From Balanoglossus misakiensis (lineage: Eukaryota > Animalia > Hemichordata): 64,000 bases of DNA. The notes beneath the pieces were generated by a model, which worked only from the letters and a program-made list of their open reading frames with translations, did no database searches and had not been told where the DNA came from. The position numbers and the translations under genes are program-made. Shown here piece after piece: positions 33,323-54,128 of the stretch; position 1 is the stretch's first letter; the number at the start of each line of letters is the position of its first letter. The DNA is taken from assembly GCA_040954595.2 (NCBI GenBank), contig CM082591.2, positions 6,045,009 through 6,109,008 on the forward strand, given 5' to 3'.

Positions 33323-36300
33323 ATGAACACAGTTGAAAGGTTCATAAAATCGGGGTACGTATAACAGTTTATTCTTGCCAAGTCCATCTTCGATATCCGT
33401 TGAGTTTTAAACATTACGCCGAAGCTTGTTATGACACGACTTGTCAGTTGTTATTGAGTGAGTTGGATGTGAATATTTCAGTTGAATTGTTCGGTTTATC
33501 TTAACACGAGAAAACACACCGAGGACATGTTTAGTATAATACGTTCAATACACCATTCCGTATATTAGTCGAGAACTAAAACCGTCGCGATCGCGATATC
33601 GAACCAGTCACAAGATGCGTCAACTGTCAAAGCAGTTCAGCACGAGTTTGTGTGTACAATGTAATAATAATAACACTCTCTTTGTAGAAATTAAGTCAGC
33701 TGAGTACAGTTAATTAAGTTTAACATAGTCCCAACAACGAGATATTATCTATGCATATTAATGGAATTTTAATGGAGAACACCATGAATTAGATGCGATC
33801 TTGTTCTGGAGAATATTAAAAGTATTTATTGTCATACTCAGTTGAGGATTTGCATGCTATATTCACAGAGTTGATCCCTTTGCTGAAGACCCGCTACCGA
33901 CAGCTTACTACCATCCTTCCCTGGAGAGAAAATTAAATAAAAAAGAAAGAAAGGTGGGTAACTTTCCCAGGGTCCATATGTGTATGATGCCTGGTGTAGG
34001 ATGGTGCTAAACTTGACTGCCATGGAAGTTTCATGATTTACTCTTTTGTGTCGATGTCACTACATAATATTGATCACTGTGATAGCATTACAACTAATTG
34101 TGGTATTTTATTGATTGCTGAAAGCTTCAAAATTAGTCTGGTGATATTGTAACTATTCCTACCTTGCCCTGTATGTCTTTCTGTGCCCATAGCTTTTACA
34201 CCCTTCAACAACCTAGATGATACAGCAATATTCATTTACAGATCTGCTTGAGTCCAGAAAGACCAGTCAAGCTGAAACCTACCACCGATGCCACCAGAGA
34301 AACAACCGACCCAAGTCCAGGGGCGGAAAAATTCCTGCAGAAAACAAACTCGATCTCCGAGAGAGAACTTCCCACGCATGACACTCCGAGTCCGAGAGAC
34401 ACATCGTCCAAATTTAACGAGTCGTGGGCATCCAGCGAAAGGCCGTCTACGATCGTCACCCCAGAATATTACAGAGTGCCCTCAGCGACAATACCGCCAA
34501 GCAGTATTGCGGACCTGTTAGCGAGTACCAGGGAGATGTTTAACGAATTTGATCAGAAAAAGAAGGAACCTCCGCCACCAGAACCTGAGAATTCAACTTT
34601 GGCAAGGTGGGTATTAATTGACATCAGGACACAAACACACCTTTCTGAACATCAGTCGTCTACTCTGTAACCCTTTCACCCCCAGTTCTATCTTTAGAGG
34701 TCCAATCTTATCATAGAAATTCAAAACCATGGGTTTGGACTGAACCATTGTGGTGAATGGGTGGAGAAGTCACTGTTACAGTGTTAGTTACAAACTTAAG
34801 TTGTGAATGTGCATACAGTGCATAGAACTACACATGTTGCTGTTTCATTTACATACATGGTTTTTGGTGTTCCATCCAAGATGGCAGTAGCAGAGTGAAG
34901 AATGTGATTGCCCCTTGACGGTTGCTGGGGGGGGGGGGGGGGGGGGGAGTGTCAACGTGTCAACCTGGGGTAAATCACCCCCCCCCCCCCCCCTTCCTAT
35001 CCGGATGAAACACTGAATTTTGTTTGTACTATGGTCTGCTAAAAGTCATGAATTTCAAGTGCATGTTTGCAACCTCTAGGGCAAAGACTGGCATTACAGA
35101 CAGCTACACTGTATGAGATGATGTCAATCTGCCTTGAAATAGAACACTGATTCCCTGCCATTGCCTGCACAGGTACATCCACAGATTTAGATATGGAGAA
35201 CCGAAGAGTAGAGAAGATCGAAAGACGGCTGTGGAGACGAACCAAGAATTCTGGTGGTTGTCACCCACTGGCAGCACCTCCACCCCGACAGACGAGAGGA
35301 GTCGTAGAGGGCGCAGTCCGTTGAAGGGGCAGAGAAAGGTCACCAGGTCACCTAAAGGTCAACACAGGTACACTGGGAGAGCGGGATTCATGGATAAGAA
35401 GAGTTCGTCATCGACAATATCGGTGAGTTATAGTTTTGTGGTCACAACATCTACGCAAGTCATGTTGGTTGGTTCTGTCTAACCCATAGCACACAGTTAG
35501 AGTAATGTCAGGGTCGCATTATAACACCCACACAATCTGCTTAATGATATCTTAGCAATTTCATGGTTCGAATGAGAATAACTTTATTGACCATAAATAT
35601 GGAAAATCATCTTTTTATCATTCACAGTAAAATGCACGTACAATATACATATACAGTCAAACCTGTGTTAGTGACCACCACTATAATAGTGGCCACTATG
35701 TTACAGTCCCTGTGCAATTTACATGAACATTAATTGACCTGTCTATAAAGACCACCTGTCTATAAAGGCCAGTTCATGAAAGTCCCTTGAATCACAACTA
35801 TAAACAGGTTTGACTGTATTACAACAAAATGCTACTGATCAACAGAACAGAAAGTGATTAAAAAGATTCGACTTGGCCAATCAAATCTGGGATATTCTAT
35901 TCCACCATTGTGACTTCTGTTCTTTTCCCTACAGAGTGACACCAGTCCATCATTAACCATACCCATGTATGTACAGAATGACAGATTGACCCTTGACCTT
36001 CAAGATAGGGCTCAGAAACTACTCGACAAGAGGTATGTGAATCATCAATGCAAAACATTTGTAATGTAAATTTGTATGTAAAAGCTAGACTTGTATCATT
36101 TGGCTTGCTATCGTATGCTATAGTGATTAGTCAAGTCTCAATTTAAAGGGACAAAGTCTCTCTCTCGCTGCCCCTTTTTCTATTAATTATATTTGATACA
36201 AGACACCATTTATGTTATTCTACATGTGGATATATAGTGAATCGACGTTCGACCACACACAGCGCGACAAAATTTGTGTGTGGTCGAACGTTGATTCACT

Positions 36301-39221
36301 ATATATCCACATGTAGAATAACATAAATGGTGTCTTGTATCAAACATAATTAATGGAAAAAGGGCAGCGAGAGAGAGACTTTGTCCCTTTAGAGACTGAT
36401 TTTCGACGTGCTTTCTGTTGACAGTGAAAGTCTGAGTGAACCCAGAGTGAGCTCAGAGGGAATTGGAAGCATTTCAACTACAAGTACTTACAGGGATGAA
36501 GAACCAGTGTACAGACACAGAACAAGTCCAGTAAAACACTCCATCCAAGGTAATGCCAGTATATATACTGGAGTTGGTAATTCACATAAGCTGTCAAGGA
36601 GGCCTATAGTATAATTAGGACTGGGGTCATACGCTGTTTGGATTACTGACTGACTGACTGGTTGGTTGGTTGGATTGTCTATAGCCAAAAGAATACAAAA
36701 AAAAACCTGTAGAGTGAAGTTATTCAGGCCATTCAAACATTGCAATGTGCAATGGGGATAAAAAAAGGATTTGGAGATCCAGTGTTCTCCCAAGAACAAA
36801 AAGAGAATCAGCTGGTACCTTTAAAACTGAGGTAAAGAATATAAACCAATTATCATACCGATTGTGTATCAGAGATTCCTGTGGATAAAACTGAGATCCA
36901 ATTATCGGTTTAACCCTTTTCACCCCGTGTCCCTCTATAAAGGGCCAACTTTGCCAATAGTACACAAGGGCTTTGGGTCAAACCATAGTGGTGAAAGGAT
37001 TAAAATCAGAACCATTTTTCTTTCCAACTCAAAATCACAGACAAGGAAAACATCCCAAGGAGCAACCAGCCAGCAGGTCAGCCGTACAGGCCAAGACCCA
37101 AACTCGCCCCAGAAGATGACATCCTTTATCAGTGGAGACTTAGACGGAAGCTAGAGGTTGCTAGGCAACGAGTCGTTGACCCCACCCAACCTACCTATGG
37201 ATCAGGTCGAAGGTCACCACCAGTGAGACTTAGTCCCAAAAAGTCAAAGGTCAGCAGCTTTTAACCTTATTCTGTATTTTACAGCTTTTCTCAAGTGTTC
37301 ACATTTATTTCTGATGATATATGTTGAATTTGTTTCGATAATGGCTGTGATTGGAGAAAGGGGGACATTTCTAGCCTCAAATTAAGTAGTGGAATAATGT
37401 AAAACTTCTACTTAATATACTGAATTTCATTTTGATAGACTATCATCCAGCTTGAAGCTCCAGCCAGTGTTTGACTGAATAGGGCATAGTTCACATGAAT
37501 TTGTAATGTTTTGTATTATATTCTTGTTTATTTATTGACAGGATGCATTAGATATGGATGACGTCGATTCCAGGCTATCAGAATTCCGGCAGCGAATGGC
37601 CCAGCAGAGAAGTGTTGCCCAGATTAGCATATCCAGCAGACAACCAATCAGAACAGCCGAGAAGGACAGCAGCAGAGAGAGCAAAGGAAGTGATCCAATC
37701 CCACAAAGCATTGCAACTCAGACGTCACCAAAAGAGGAAGTGACGCGTCCAACCGATCTCAACGATGAAAGGGGGCCGTCCAATGATTTTGGCGCACAGG
37801 ATCGCGAGTCATCACCAACAAGACTTGACCTGACCCCCGTGAAACAGAAAGCATCCGAACATTTGCAGCCACCGATTGCCAGCCCTCACGTGCGCCGCGA
37901 GGACGAATCAGGCGATGAAAATACAGTGACTCCACACCTGCACCTCATGTGCGACCTCTTACCCTGTCCTCACCAGGTCGCAGGTGAAAGGTTAATGCAG
38001 GCCGGGAGGTCACCTGCGAGGGCGCACCCTGAGGCTGCAGGTCACACGCAAGATGACGCGATTCCCATCACGTCCGAGCAAGGGTCAAAGTTCACAGACG
38101 GTGCAAGCCCGAGCAGAGTGTCCAAGCAGTTGGATTTTGAAGACAGCGAGGAAGACGGAAAAGACACATCCAGAGCAGGAAAAGGGAAACGGAAGAAAAA
38201 GAGTGGTCTGCCAACGGGAAGAGACGTAGCAGCGACGAAAACAAGCACTCCAAAAGCCGTGCCTGGTTCTCCAATAAGCACTGCCATTGGTCAGGTAGAA
38301 CCCTCATTCATTGTCATCAACCAACCGAATAGTACGTTACAAAACACTAAAACAATTGCAGGCAGGGTCTGTACACATTGCCATTGGGTCACAATTTTCT
38401 ATGTTGTGGCTCCAAGTAATTGTACCAGACTTTTATATAACTATGTTTCTTAGGTGTTTGGATTTCAGTGGAATGGTGCAGCTTTTTCAGAAGGGCTATA
38501 AAAAATGTTGAAATTTTTGTTAACTACAATTTTTAGAATTACTAACTGCTTTGCTCATTTTCATTCATTGTTCTACAGGTGATAGGCAATAGACTGTTTT
38601 TAAGCCCACAGAAGTCGGAACACTCGTCACCTCGTTCCAGCATAGACAGTTTACCCACAATGCATTCATCACCCAGGCCACAGAGACTGGTAGAAGGTAA
38701 GCCGTAAGGTCCAAACATAACATCTTGCACCGGTTGATGCAGAATGGGGTCAAAGGTCATGGTTTGGAGAAAACTTGTGATTTAGTACATATCACTTGGA
38801 AAATATGCCTGAATTTTCACTCAAGACACAGTCTTTTACCTTTTCCTCCGAGGAAGATAGGACAAGTGTAAAGGGGAACAAGAATAAGGATTTATCAACT
38901 TTGGTGTACAATCTAGTTTTACCTTTGATGGAATAATTTGGGAAATATTCTCTAGTTGACGTTGCATGTATCAAAATTTGCACAATATTAATTATTTACT
39001 TGCTACCGACAGGCGCCAATCAACCAGACACCTAAACTCTTAATTTCACATTTTCCATTCCAGGTGAAAGTTTGTTGAGGTCGTCGTCTGACAGCAGCGA
39101 GGAGTCTGAAGATGACGAGTTGTTGAAAATGCTGTACCGGAAAAGAACTCACTATGAGGAACAGCTGAAACACATCGACCAGTTACTCGTGGAAAAATTA
39201 AGAACTGACTCAGATGGTTGA
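33323..39221 (+). CDS. PROSER3: Proline and serine-rich protein 3-like
   Basis: Exons 33323-33354, 33869-33953, 34242-34606, 35173-35422, 35935-36032, 36425-36549, 37041-37249, 37542-38294, 38579-38696, 39064-39221 are in phase. Motifs FNESWASS, STLARYIHRFRYGEPKSREDR, EFWWL, TLDLQDRAQKLL and PEDDILYQWRLRRKLE correspond to the PROSER3 conserved blocks as I recall them. The start exon and the 38294 donor are less certain. Confidence 0.85.
35652..35818. mobile_element. Pogo/Tigger-like MITE (partial relative at ~24190-24265)
   Basis: TA-CAGTCAAACCTGT...ACAGGTTTGACTG-TA. Confidence 0.8.
36143..36392. mobile_element. MITE family B short derivative (near-perfect hairpin)
   Basis: Arms of ~115 bp around a short loop (AGCGCGACAAAATT), in a PROSER3 intron. 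Confidence 0.88.
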
Positions 39222-39240
39222 TGGCAGAGAACTTTGGTCG

Positions 39241-39528
39241 CAATTCTGGCTGCATTAAATAGGTTTTCACTTTGCGCTAGGGGATCAAATCACATTGCAT
39301 TCTGGTCGACAACCCACTGTAGTAAGAGATAGAAGAAATGATATGTTTACTGTATTTCATGACTGCCTTTGGTCAAACATGTCTGTCTTTGTGGTTATTT
39401 TTTCTGTTACAAAGTTTCAGAATGACCCATCATCACTTTAGCAAAAATCGGCCATCTTGAAATTGTCCACATGAGATTTTCATTACTCACTTAGGTAGCT
39501 TAAAACCTATTTAAGGCAGAGAGAATTG
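39241..39528. mobile_element. MITE family D copy in the PROSER3 3' UTR
   Basis: CAATTCTGGCTGCATTAAATAGGTTTT...AAAACCTATTTAAGGCAGAGAGAATTG with interior shared with 23422-23789. Confidence 0.8.
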
Positions 39529-42500
39529 GCTTCCATACTTTTCACACCACTTGGACTTTGTTTTAGATTTATTCACCAACAGTTGAAAGGCCACTGTATT
39601 CTGTTTCGAGGTCATCTGTATTTCAGTTCTCTTTGTCTTAAGGTCAAGGTCACATAGTGTAATGAACCTCCACTCAGCTGAAACAAAAGAAACAATTAAA
39701 ACAGCCTGCCACCCCTGGGGAGATTAGTTTTCAGAAACTTGCCATGTGGTATATGCTAATTCTGTCAAATTTACATGGAAAAAATGAATAAATTCGAATA
39801 AGATTAATTACGTGTATCATCTAATCAAGGCCTGTTAAGAATTTCAAAATTTTCTGGTCGACATTAATTATAGCCAGTAGCTATCCATGACCAATCTAAC
39901 TGTGAGATGATGTTATTTATGAACTTGAAATTATCTGTGTAGAGTATAGCAGTTTATTTAATTTCAGATCAATCTTATGTCTAAACATGCGTTCTTGTAA
40001 GTTAAGAAAAATAAAAGTCTGATTTCTAAAACTGACTTTTTTTTTCTGGACTCTTGGCCTACAATGAGAAGCAAAATATTAAAAACAAAGGGTAACTCTC
40101 TCTGTTATCAGACAAGACAATTCATAGACAATGGTTCATGTTTAAAAATATATTTATTTCAGACAATTTGAATCACAAAGGTATCTCATACAATACGACA
40201 ATCGTGTTTGAAAATCAACAGCAAAAAAAACATCATGGTAATGTGCTAAGCTTGGTTCACCAATCAGAAATGAGCGTACATCTCAAGGGTGATCTGTACT
40301 ACCCAATCAAAATCGTTTTACTTGAACAACCACAACACACCCTTTTCATAATGCTAGCGCCCTCACACGGTCATCAAGAACTTGAATTCACAGTAAGGTA
40401 ATAGGGAAAACCTTTTTATTGTGATTGGTCATTTCCTCATTGGCTATATAGATTATCACCTCCACTCGGAAATTTCAGTCAGCCAAAAAATATAACATTA
40501 ATTTTATTTTAACAAAAAAATCAGAAAGTTGTCAAAAGACTGCAGTTTCTTATAGTATATCAAAATCAAGAGGGTCACATGACCTCTGAGTGTAACTCGA
40601 ATACGTTAATTGCAACAACATGTACACAATACAAGAATTAACAATGTGAAAACATCACAAAACATGCAATAATTGTTGGTACATGTATATATTTATTTTT
40701 TCGAATACAATTTTGAAAAGGTAATGAATATTTTTTTTTGTTGTTCATGGAAAATAAAATACAATCAAGAAACTCTTTCAACATCTATTTACACATCACT
40801 TATCTTGAGAAAACAAGTCCAGGCATGTCATGTTGGCTTTTACAAACAGTAGACAGTCACATGTCTAATTGGTGCAATGTGATTGGTTCCAAAAACAAAA
40901 TGGAGGTTGAGGTATAGAGCGCCCTCAAACGAAATTACTGTGGCTTGCAATCTACATGTGGTGGAGCACATAAGACTTCCAAGTATTCTCTGGACTTTTT
41001 TTCTTCAGACAAAACTCTTCTGAGAAGTTTCTGCTGGCTTGTTGTCATTGTTTACACGCAGCTTCTGTGAAATAAGAAAAGGAACATGTCATTGTAATAG
41101 CAAATATTCAAAATTAAACCCAAGTAATTCCAATTTGGACTTTAAGTTATCAGTATTTTTTGTTTTGGGTATCGACGATGGTTTCTTGGTGTACTTTGTA
41201 AGCTATCCAGAATACAAAAAGAAACTTGCGTTGACACACGAGATAAAAAATAATGAAATAAAAGCTTACTGGGGCTTTAAATGTATGTGGTCACCAACGC
41301 AAATGTAGCCACAGTTACCATGACAATATGAGATGTACAAAATAGCAGATTTCTACAGGGATCTTGCAACACAGAAAATAATGTACATGTACCACCATAC
41401 CCAGTCATTCGTGGATTTAGATATGCCCTTTTAGAGAGCATCCATATTCACGTATTTCTTACCATAATTACGCAAAGATAATGACGGACAACTACACCAG
41501 TAAGCATTGACTTTTAGCCACTAGAGATATGCAAATTGTATTGAGCAAGACTTGCAAGCTAAAAATAACGCCGGCGGACATGCACGTAACTTTGCAACCT
41601 TTTACCCCAACAGAAATGTTGCGATTTTCACTCAGGCAGCACAACAGATAAAACTTTGTAACAATATTCTTGTGTTCTATTGCAGGCTTTGTTACATTTT
41701 ACACAACGGAAACCAATCTAACGGAACCTCTGAACTAAATAAATTGCTCATCAGAATATTATATGATTATATGTGAGACAAAATATCTCAAACTTTAGGT
41801 GATAAATCTGATCGCACACGAGATTCTATTACCTTGTCGTGCAACACACAAGTTACAGAGAATATCAGCTCAATGGGCTATTTTTTTTATTTATTTGTGA
41901 GTAAAATGTATTTTTTTTCTTTTAAAAAGCTTGGTTATATGAGCCCAGATTGTACGATGGTGTCAGACAAGGAAACAACAAATTGAGTGGAGCAATTTAA
42001 AGGCCAGTTAAAAATGCGATCATGTGGGTAGTTGAAATAGACATGCACATATGTGTGTTGTATATTTCAGATAAAGGGTTTTTCAGTGGACGTTTTTAAG
42101 TCATATTTTTTTTTACATTTCTTATAGGTTACCATGGTATTTCTGCTGACGTTAGAAAAGCCATGGCAACAGTCAAAACATGGCTTGATATTTTGATTGG
42201 ATGTATTGACAGGTTTCCGTACATGGTACCCTTGTAGAAAACCAGTAAAAAGGAAGTGATGTGGGCGGTCATAATTAATACGACCAACACTAGCTGCAAT
42301 AATTGTAGCTCGTCGTCAAAATGTCAAAAGAAGGCCTAGATATGCCAAAAGAAGGCGGAAAACGCTACAGTTACTGCAGTTAGACCAACACATGACTTGG
42401 TCATTTAGTCTCCGATCATACACGTCTTCCTTCAAGTTGACAGGGGATAAAGAACCCTTAGTCAGGAAATATAAATGTCAAGCTGACCTCGTAAGGTTAT

Positions 42501-42951
42501 ATGGTCACATTGAGAACAAAAAAAGCAACGCGTGCGGGTCACACGAATATGAACGCTTGAAGTTTGTTACAAATTTTGACAATATCAGGCGCGCTGTGAT
42601 TTATTTTTAACCATTGTGCAACTGATAAACTCCACAGATGCGCCGAACAGGTCAATTTGATTTGGAGAATAATTTTAAAGTTAAAATCTGGCGTGTTTTT
42701 ATAATGAGTAATTTCGATCATCCGTTAATGTTTCTCTTTTTAAAATAAAAATGTGCGGAAATGCTTCTAATTTTGAAACTCTTTAACTCATAGAGATGTA
42801 ATAAACACGGTTTTCCATTGAAGGCTAATCGTTTTTATCATAATGTGAAGTTTGGGATTGTAGTTTTTAGGTAATAAGTCTGTCTGACCACATTCTAAAC
42901 ATCGCGTATCGATAATTACAGACCATCCCAGAAGTCTGAATGACACGATGA

Positions 42952-44069
<1,118 letters not shown>

Positions 44070-45498
44070 CTTAAAACTAAGATCAAACGGGCCACTTTCG
44101 CAAGTCGCCGGTGCAGTACTACACGTGTAAAGCGTGCGCGTCTAGTCTGTATGAATGAATCTGACTTGAGTTGAAACTTCTGTAGAAGAAGCTTCCATTC
44201 TCGGAGTGGGTGGGGAAGCGTTGACAAAAAAACTTGTACAATCAAAATATTCACCTCCCTTATAACTTCACCGATTTCTGAGGTCACTGTAACTCACAAA
44301 TTGATGCCACCTCCATATCCCACCGTTCTTCCATTCATCGGAAGGTACATAAACAAATGTGAACTTCAGTGAGATGTAAGTGGGCCAGACGAACTATCAC
44401 CATGTACCCGGTGGACACGTCCAAACCGTGGGCGTTTCAGAGATAATTGACAGAGCAAATCAATCGAAAAAGATGACACGTGCAGAGTACAATACCTGTC
44501 AATAATATGTCAGAATTGGGTTTCAAACGAACCAACTTGTTACTTTTTTCTATAAGATCAGAAAGACATAACACTTTACTGATCTGTCTCTCGTGTACAT
44601 TTTGCCTGATTATGTATGGATAGGTCTGTTTCACTGAAGAGAGGCCAACCAATAACAAATTTTACCAAGTAATAAGACATTATTATTTTATAATCACAAA
44701 AACAGTATTTGGATGAAAACGAAAGGTTTCGAGGGTGACGTCATACGAGGGCCGTAGACATGTACATGTACGCCCACTATCCTGGGTAAGCGTGCAGTCA
44801 TCTCTGCAATTCTTAGCCACTGCAGTCATTAAGACAATCACAAATTTTCATGGGTGACCATTTGAAGGGAAAAAATGGGCAGCGTCATCCGCTTTTGAAC
44901 CAACTTCAGCTCATCATGTATCGTGTATGTCGTTTTCGCGATAACAAGGTGTTGTTATAAAAGTAGAAAAAAATTATAAAAGTAGAAAAATCTTCAAATA
45001 AATTACTGGTCTATGTAGATCTATTCCCAACTTCTTCTACAATAATTCAGCGTGTGTTTTATACACAAGCGAACAAATGTGTGCGGTGTTGTTGCAATGT
45101 AACGTCCTACTCTATACTCCAAACAACGTGCTAATTAACCCATTACTCCACATGTCAACATAGCCTCTGTTTGTGTAACGACCATTGTTATATGTTGACA
45201 GATGAATTCTAGTCCGGACTTGTATTGACTTTTTTTTGCATAAACATGCTGACTTTACACCTATAATTTTATGTTATGTTGTGTTGTGTGGATACGCTAA
45301 TTGCAGGATATTTTATCACGTTTCAGAGATTCAAACAAGAGACTGCAGTAGATACACACAAAAAAACACTGAAAACATGGCGAAAAGTTACAGCTAATGG
45401 AGCTTTAATGGAGGCTTTCCATATATGGAACTCGTCAAGGTCGCTATAGATAGCGTTCAAGTTCTTTCTGACATCTACATGCTTTTGTGCCGAACAAA

Positions 45499-45967
45499 AT
45501 GGACGCGACTCCACCATGGAGAAAGGCCTATTACTACAGACCCGGGTATCTTCTACCGTGCTGCATGAACGAGAGCGGCGACCGTTGTCTGTGTCGGAGA
45601 TCGGGAAAAGACACCAGCTTGGGTGAAAAGGAGGGACAAAACCAGAATCTACTTATACGGTGCGCATGAAATATGGAAGAAAGCGAAGGCAGTCCACTAT
45701 TTGAATGCATCGAATGGAAAATTTGCTGGGAAGTTACGCGCATGCGCGTGAGACGATCTATTGCCTTTAAAGTGTGACAGAGGGTGTCTGCTGACTTTGA
45801 GTGCATAATGAATAGCACCAGGATTTAGCGAAATGTATTTCTTGTCTTTTTTTTGAACAGGCACTGCTGGAAGCTGGAAAAACAAATTCACTGTTGCTCA
45901 GAATGAGGCGTTCAACCTATTGTATGATGAGAAAATGAAAGGATATGAAAATTTCAAGTACAACTAG
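45499..45967 (+). pseudogene. Cytosolic sulfotransferase pseudogene with internal deletion
   Basis: N-terminus MDATPPWRKAYYYRPGYLLPCCMNES (45499-~45576) runs into a truncated MITE. Only the terminal exon follows, 45861-45967 ([35 protein letters not shown]). The PAPS loop and exons 2-5 are missing. Confidence 0.85.
45575..45770. mobile_element. MITE family C, truncated, at the SULT pseudogene deletion junction
   Basis: Matches ~23227-23421 and ends ...GCCTTTAA. Confidence 0.82.
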
Positions 45968-46604
45968 TTAATGTGACGTGAACAGCTGGTATCACCCCGA
46001 TGAATTTCGGTGTTATCCTAAAATGTCAAACAATTCCCAAGCGAGGCAGATCCTCAAAAGAATCTGCTATAGAAGATTGTCAGCATGGCGCATTGGAGGC
46101 ATGTTATATACATGTCGAAATTCAGGGGAAAATCTCTCATTTTAAAAAATATAGTATAGTACATTTTCTGTACACGATTTACCCTTTTTGGCAAATTACA
46201 CATATTCATAGACAACTTTTAAACAACTTTCTGGGTAATACGAAGCCAAATGAACATTGAAATCCGGGAAAAATCCATGTACTGATCGAGCTACACAGTT
46301 TTGTTAGGTTGTAATGTGTAATAACTCTTTTGAATTCTTCGCTGTGTCACTGTATCCAATCACTAAGTTCATATAGATTTGAACTATGTGTGAGAACTAC
46401 AATTACCTCTGTGCACTGTAGTTCGCTACACATGTTATTTTCACGAGTGATGCGTTGTAAGCACATTCCACGGCATTTTTTTTATTCACGAGTGTAGGAA
46501 TAAAAGTACGTGATAACTTCTGTGTTGCTCAGAAAGTTTGTCAGGTCACGGAGTTCTGTTATTATTGCATATGTTCTCTCGAGTGCGATGTAAATTGAAG
46601 TACA

Positions 46605-46611
46605 CACCACC

Positions 46612-46675
<64 letters not shown>

Positions 46676-46706
46676 GCAGCAACAACAGCAGCAGCAACAA
46701 CAACAG
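46605..46706. repeat. (CAC)n(CAA)n(CAG) compound microsatellite
   Basis: Read directly; upstream of SULT copy 1. Confidence 0.95.
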
Positions 46707-46897
46707 TAATTGTGCCAGTGCATGTTCGAGTCGGGAACATAATATGTCATGCAGTTCAGAGTCGGTGACATAGGCCTACTTCAGTGCCTTCGGGGTCGCG
46801 GACTTCAGACATGCAAATTTCCACGAACGTTTATCAACGCGCACAGACGATAAATACTGCGTTGTTGTTTGTGCACGTACGGAATTTTCTTGAGACG

Positions 46898-49478
<2,581 letters not shown>

Positions 49479-50417
49479 AGGGACATTAGCTGTATTTCTA
49501 TCTTGCATAATTTCCAGTATATTTGTTCAGTGTACCAATGCGATTTCTTGTTCTCTAGTACTCCAAACAGCATTCTGATATACATGTACCCAGTACCCCG
49601 CGCCTGTGTGTAATTGCCACAATTTTTTTTAAAAATTCCAGGAATTTTCGATTTTCTTTAATTTGTGGCCATTTTGTCATAAATAAGTGTTGATCTTGAT
49701 ATACTATCATGGAATATCATTTAATAGACATAATTAAAAGCATACATGGGATTATTTAAAACTTGAATTTAAATGCCCTGTGTTATGTGACATAATTAAA
49801 AATAACTCTTGAAGAGTATCGGGCAGACGCTATGATCAAGTGCCTCATATTTATCACAGTGATGGTGGTTTCTCGCAACCGCATTAAAGGCCCTTCTTAA
49901 CAGTGGGTCAAATCTTTTGTTTCCAATAAACAGTTACGTGCTAACACAAAGGATTTCTTATTTGCCTTAATTCCGCCCTGGGATCGAGAAAATGGTCTTT
50001 AAGTAGCCTTCATGATTGTATTTTATTTAGTGTACATTGTGCGTCAGTTTTTGGTAACGATTCAGAACCCCAACACACCAGTTTGGCAGTGAAGGTAGTT
50101 ACAAATGCCGCTGTGATTCTCCAAAGTTGAAAAAGTAAATCCATCGAACAAAGACTGGCCCGCAGGAGTCTGAGAAGCCTGTCTGCGGTTGGCTAATTTC
50201 TTTGTGGTTCTTAGTATTGGACCATTCTGTGATTGTGTTCAACAACTGCGTAATTGGAGGTTATGACATGATTCACGAGTGTAGGAATAAAAGTCCGTGA
50301 TACTCCGAATTGCATCACGGGTAAAAATAACTTCTGTGTTGCTCAGAAAGTTTGTCAGGTCACGGAGTTCTGTTATTATTGCATATGTTCTCTCGAGTGC
50401 GATGTAAATTGAAGTAC

Positions 50418-50434
50418 ACACCACCACCACCACC

Positions 50435-50483
<49 letters not shown>

Positions 50484-50550
50484 ACAACAACAACAACAGC
50501 AGCAGCAACAACAACAACAACAACAACAGCAGCAGCAACAACAACAACAG
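50418..50550. repeat. (CAC)n(CAA)n(CAG) compound microsatellite, longer version
   Basis: Read directly; upstream of SULT copy 2. Confidence 0.95.
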
Positions 50551-50741
50551 TAATTGTGCCAGTGCATGTTCGAGCCGAGAACATAATATGTCATGCAGTT
50601 CAGAGTTGGTGACATAGGCCTATACTTCAGTGTCTTCGGGTCGCGGACTTCAGACATGCAAATTTCCAAGAACGTTTATCAACGCGCACAGACGATAGAT
50701 ACTGCGTTGTTGTTGTTTGTGCACGTAATTTTCTTGAGACG

Positions 50742-54128
<3,387 letters not shown>

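Noticed and set aside
46482-46771. Poly-L/T/V/C/W ORFs (also 50239-50669)
   Set aside because: Translations of CAC/CAA trinucleotide repeats.
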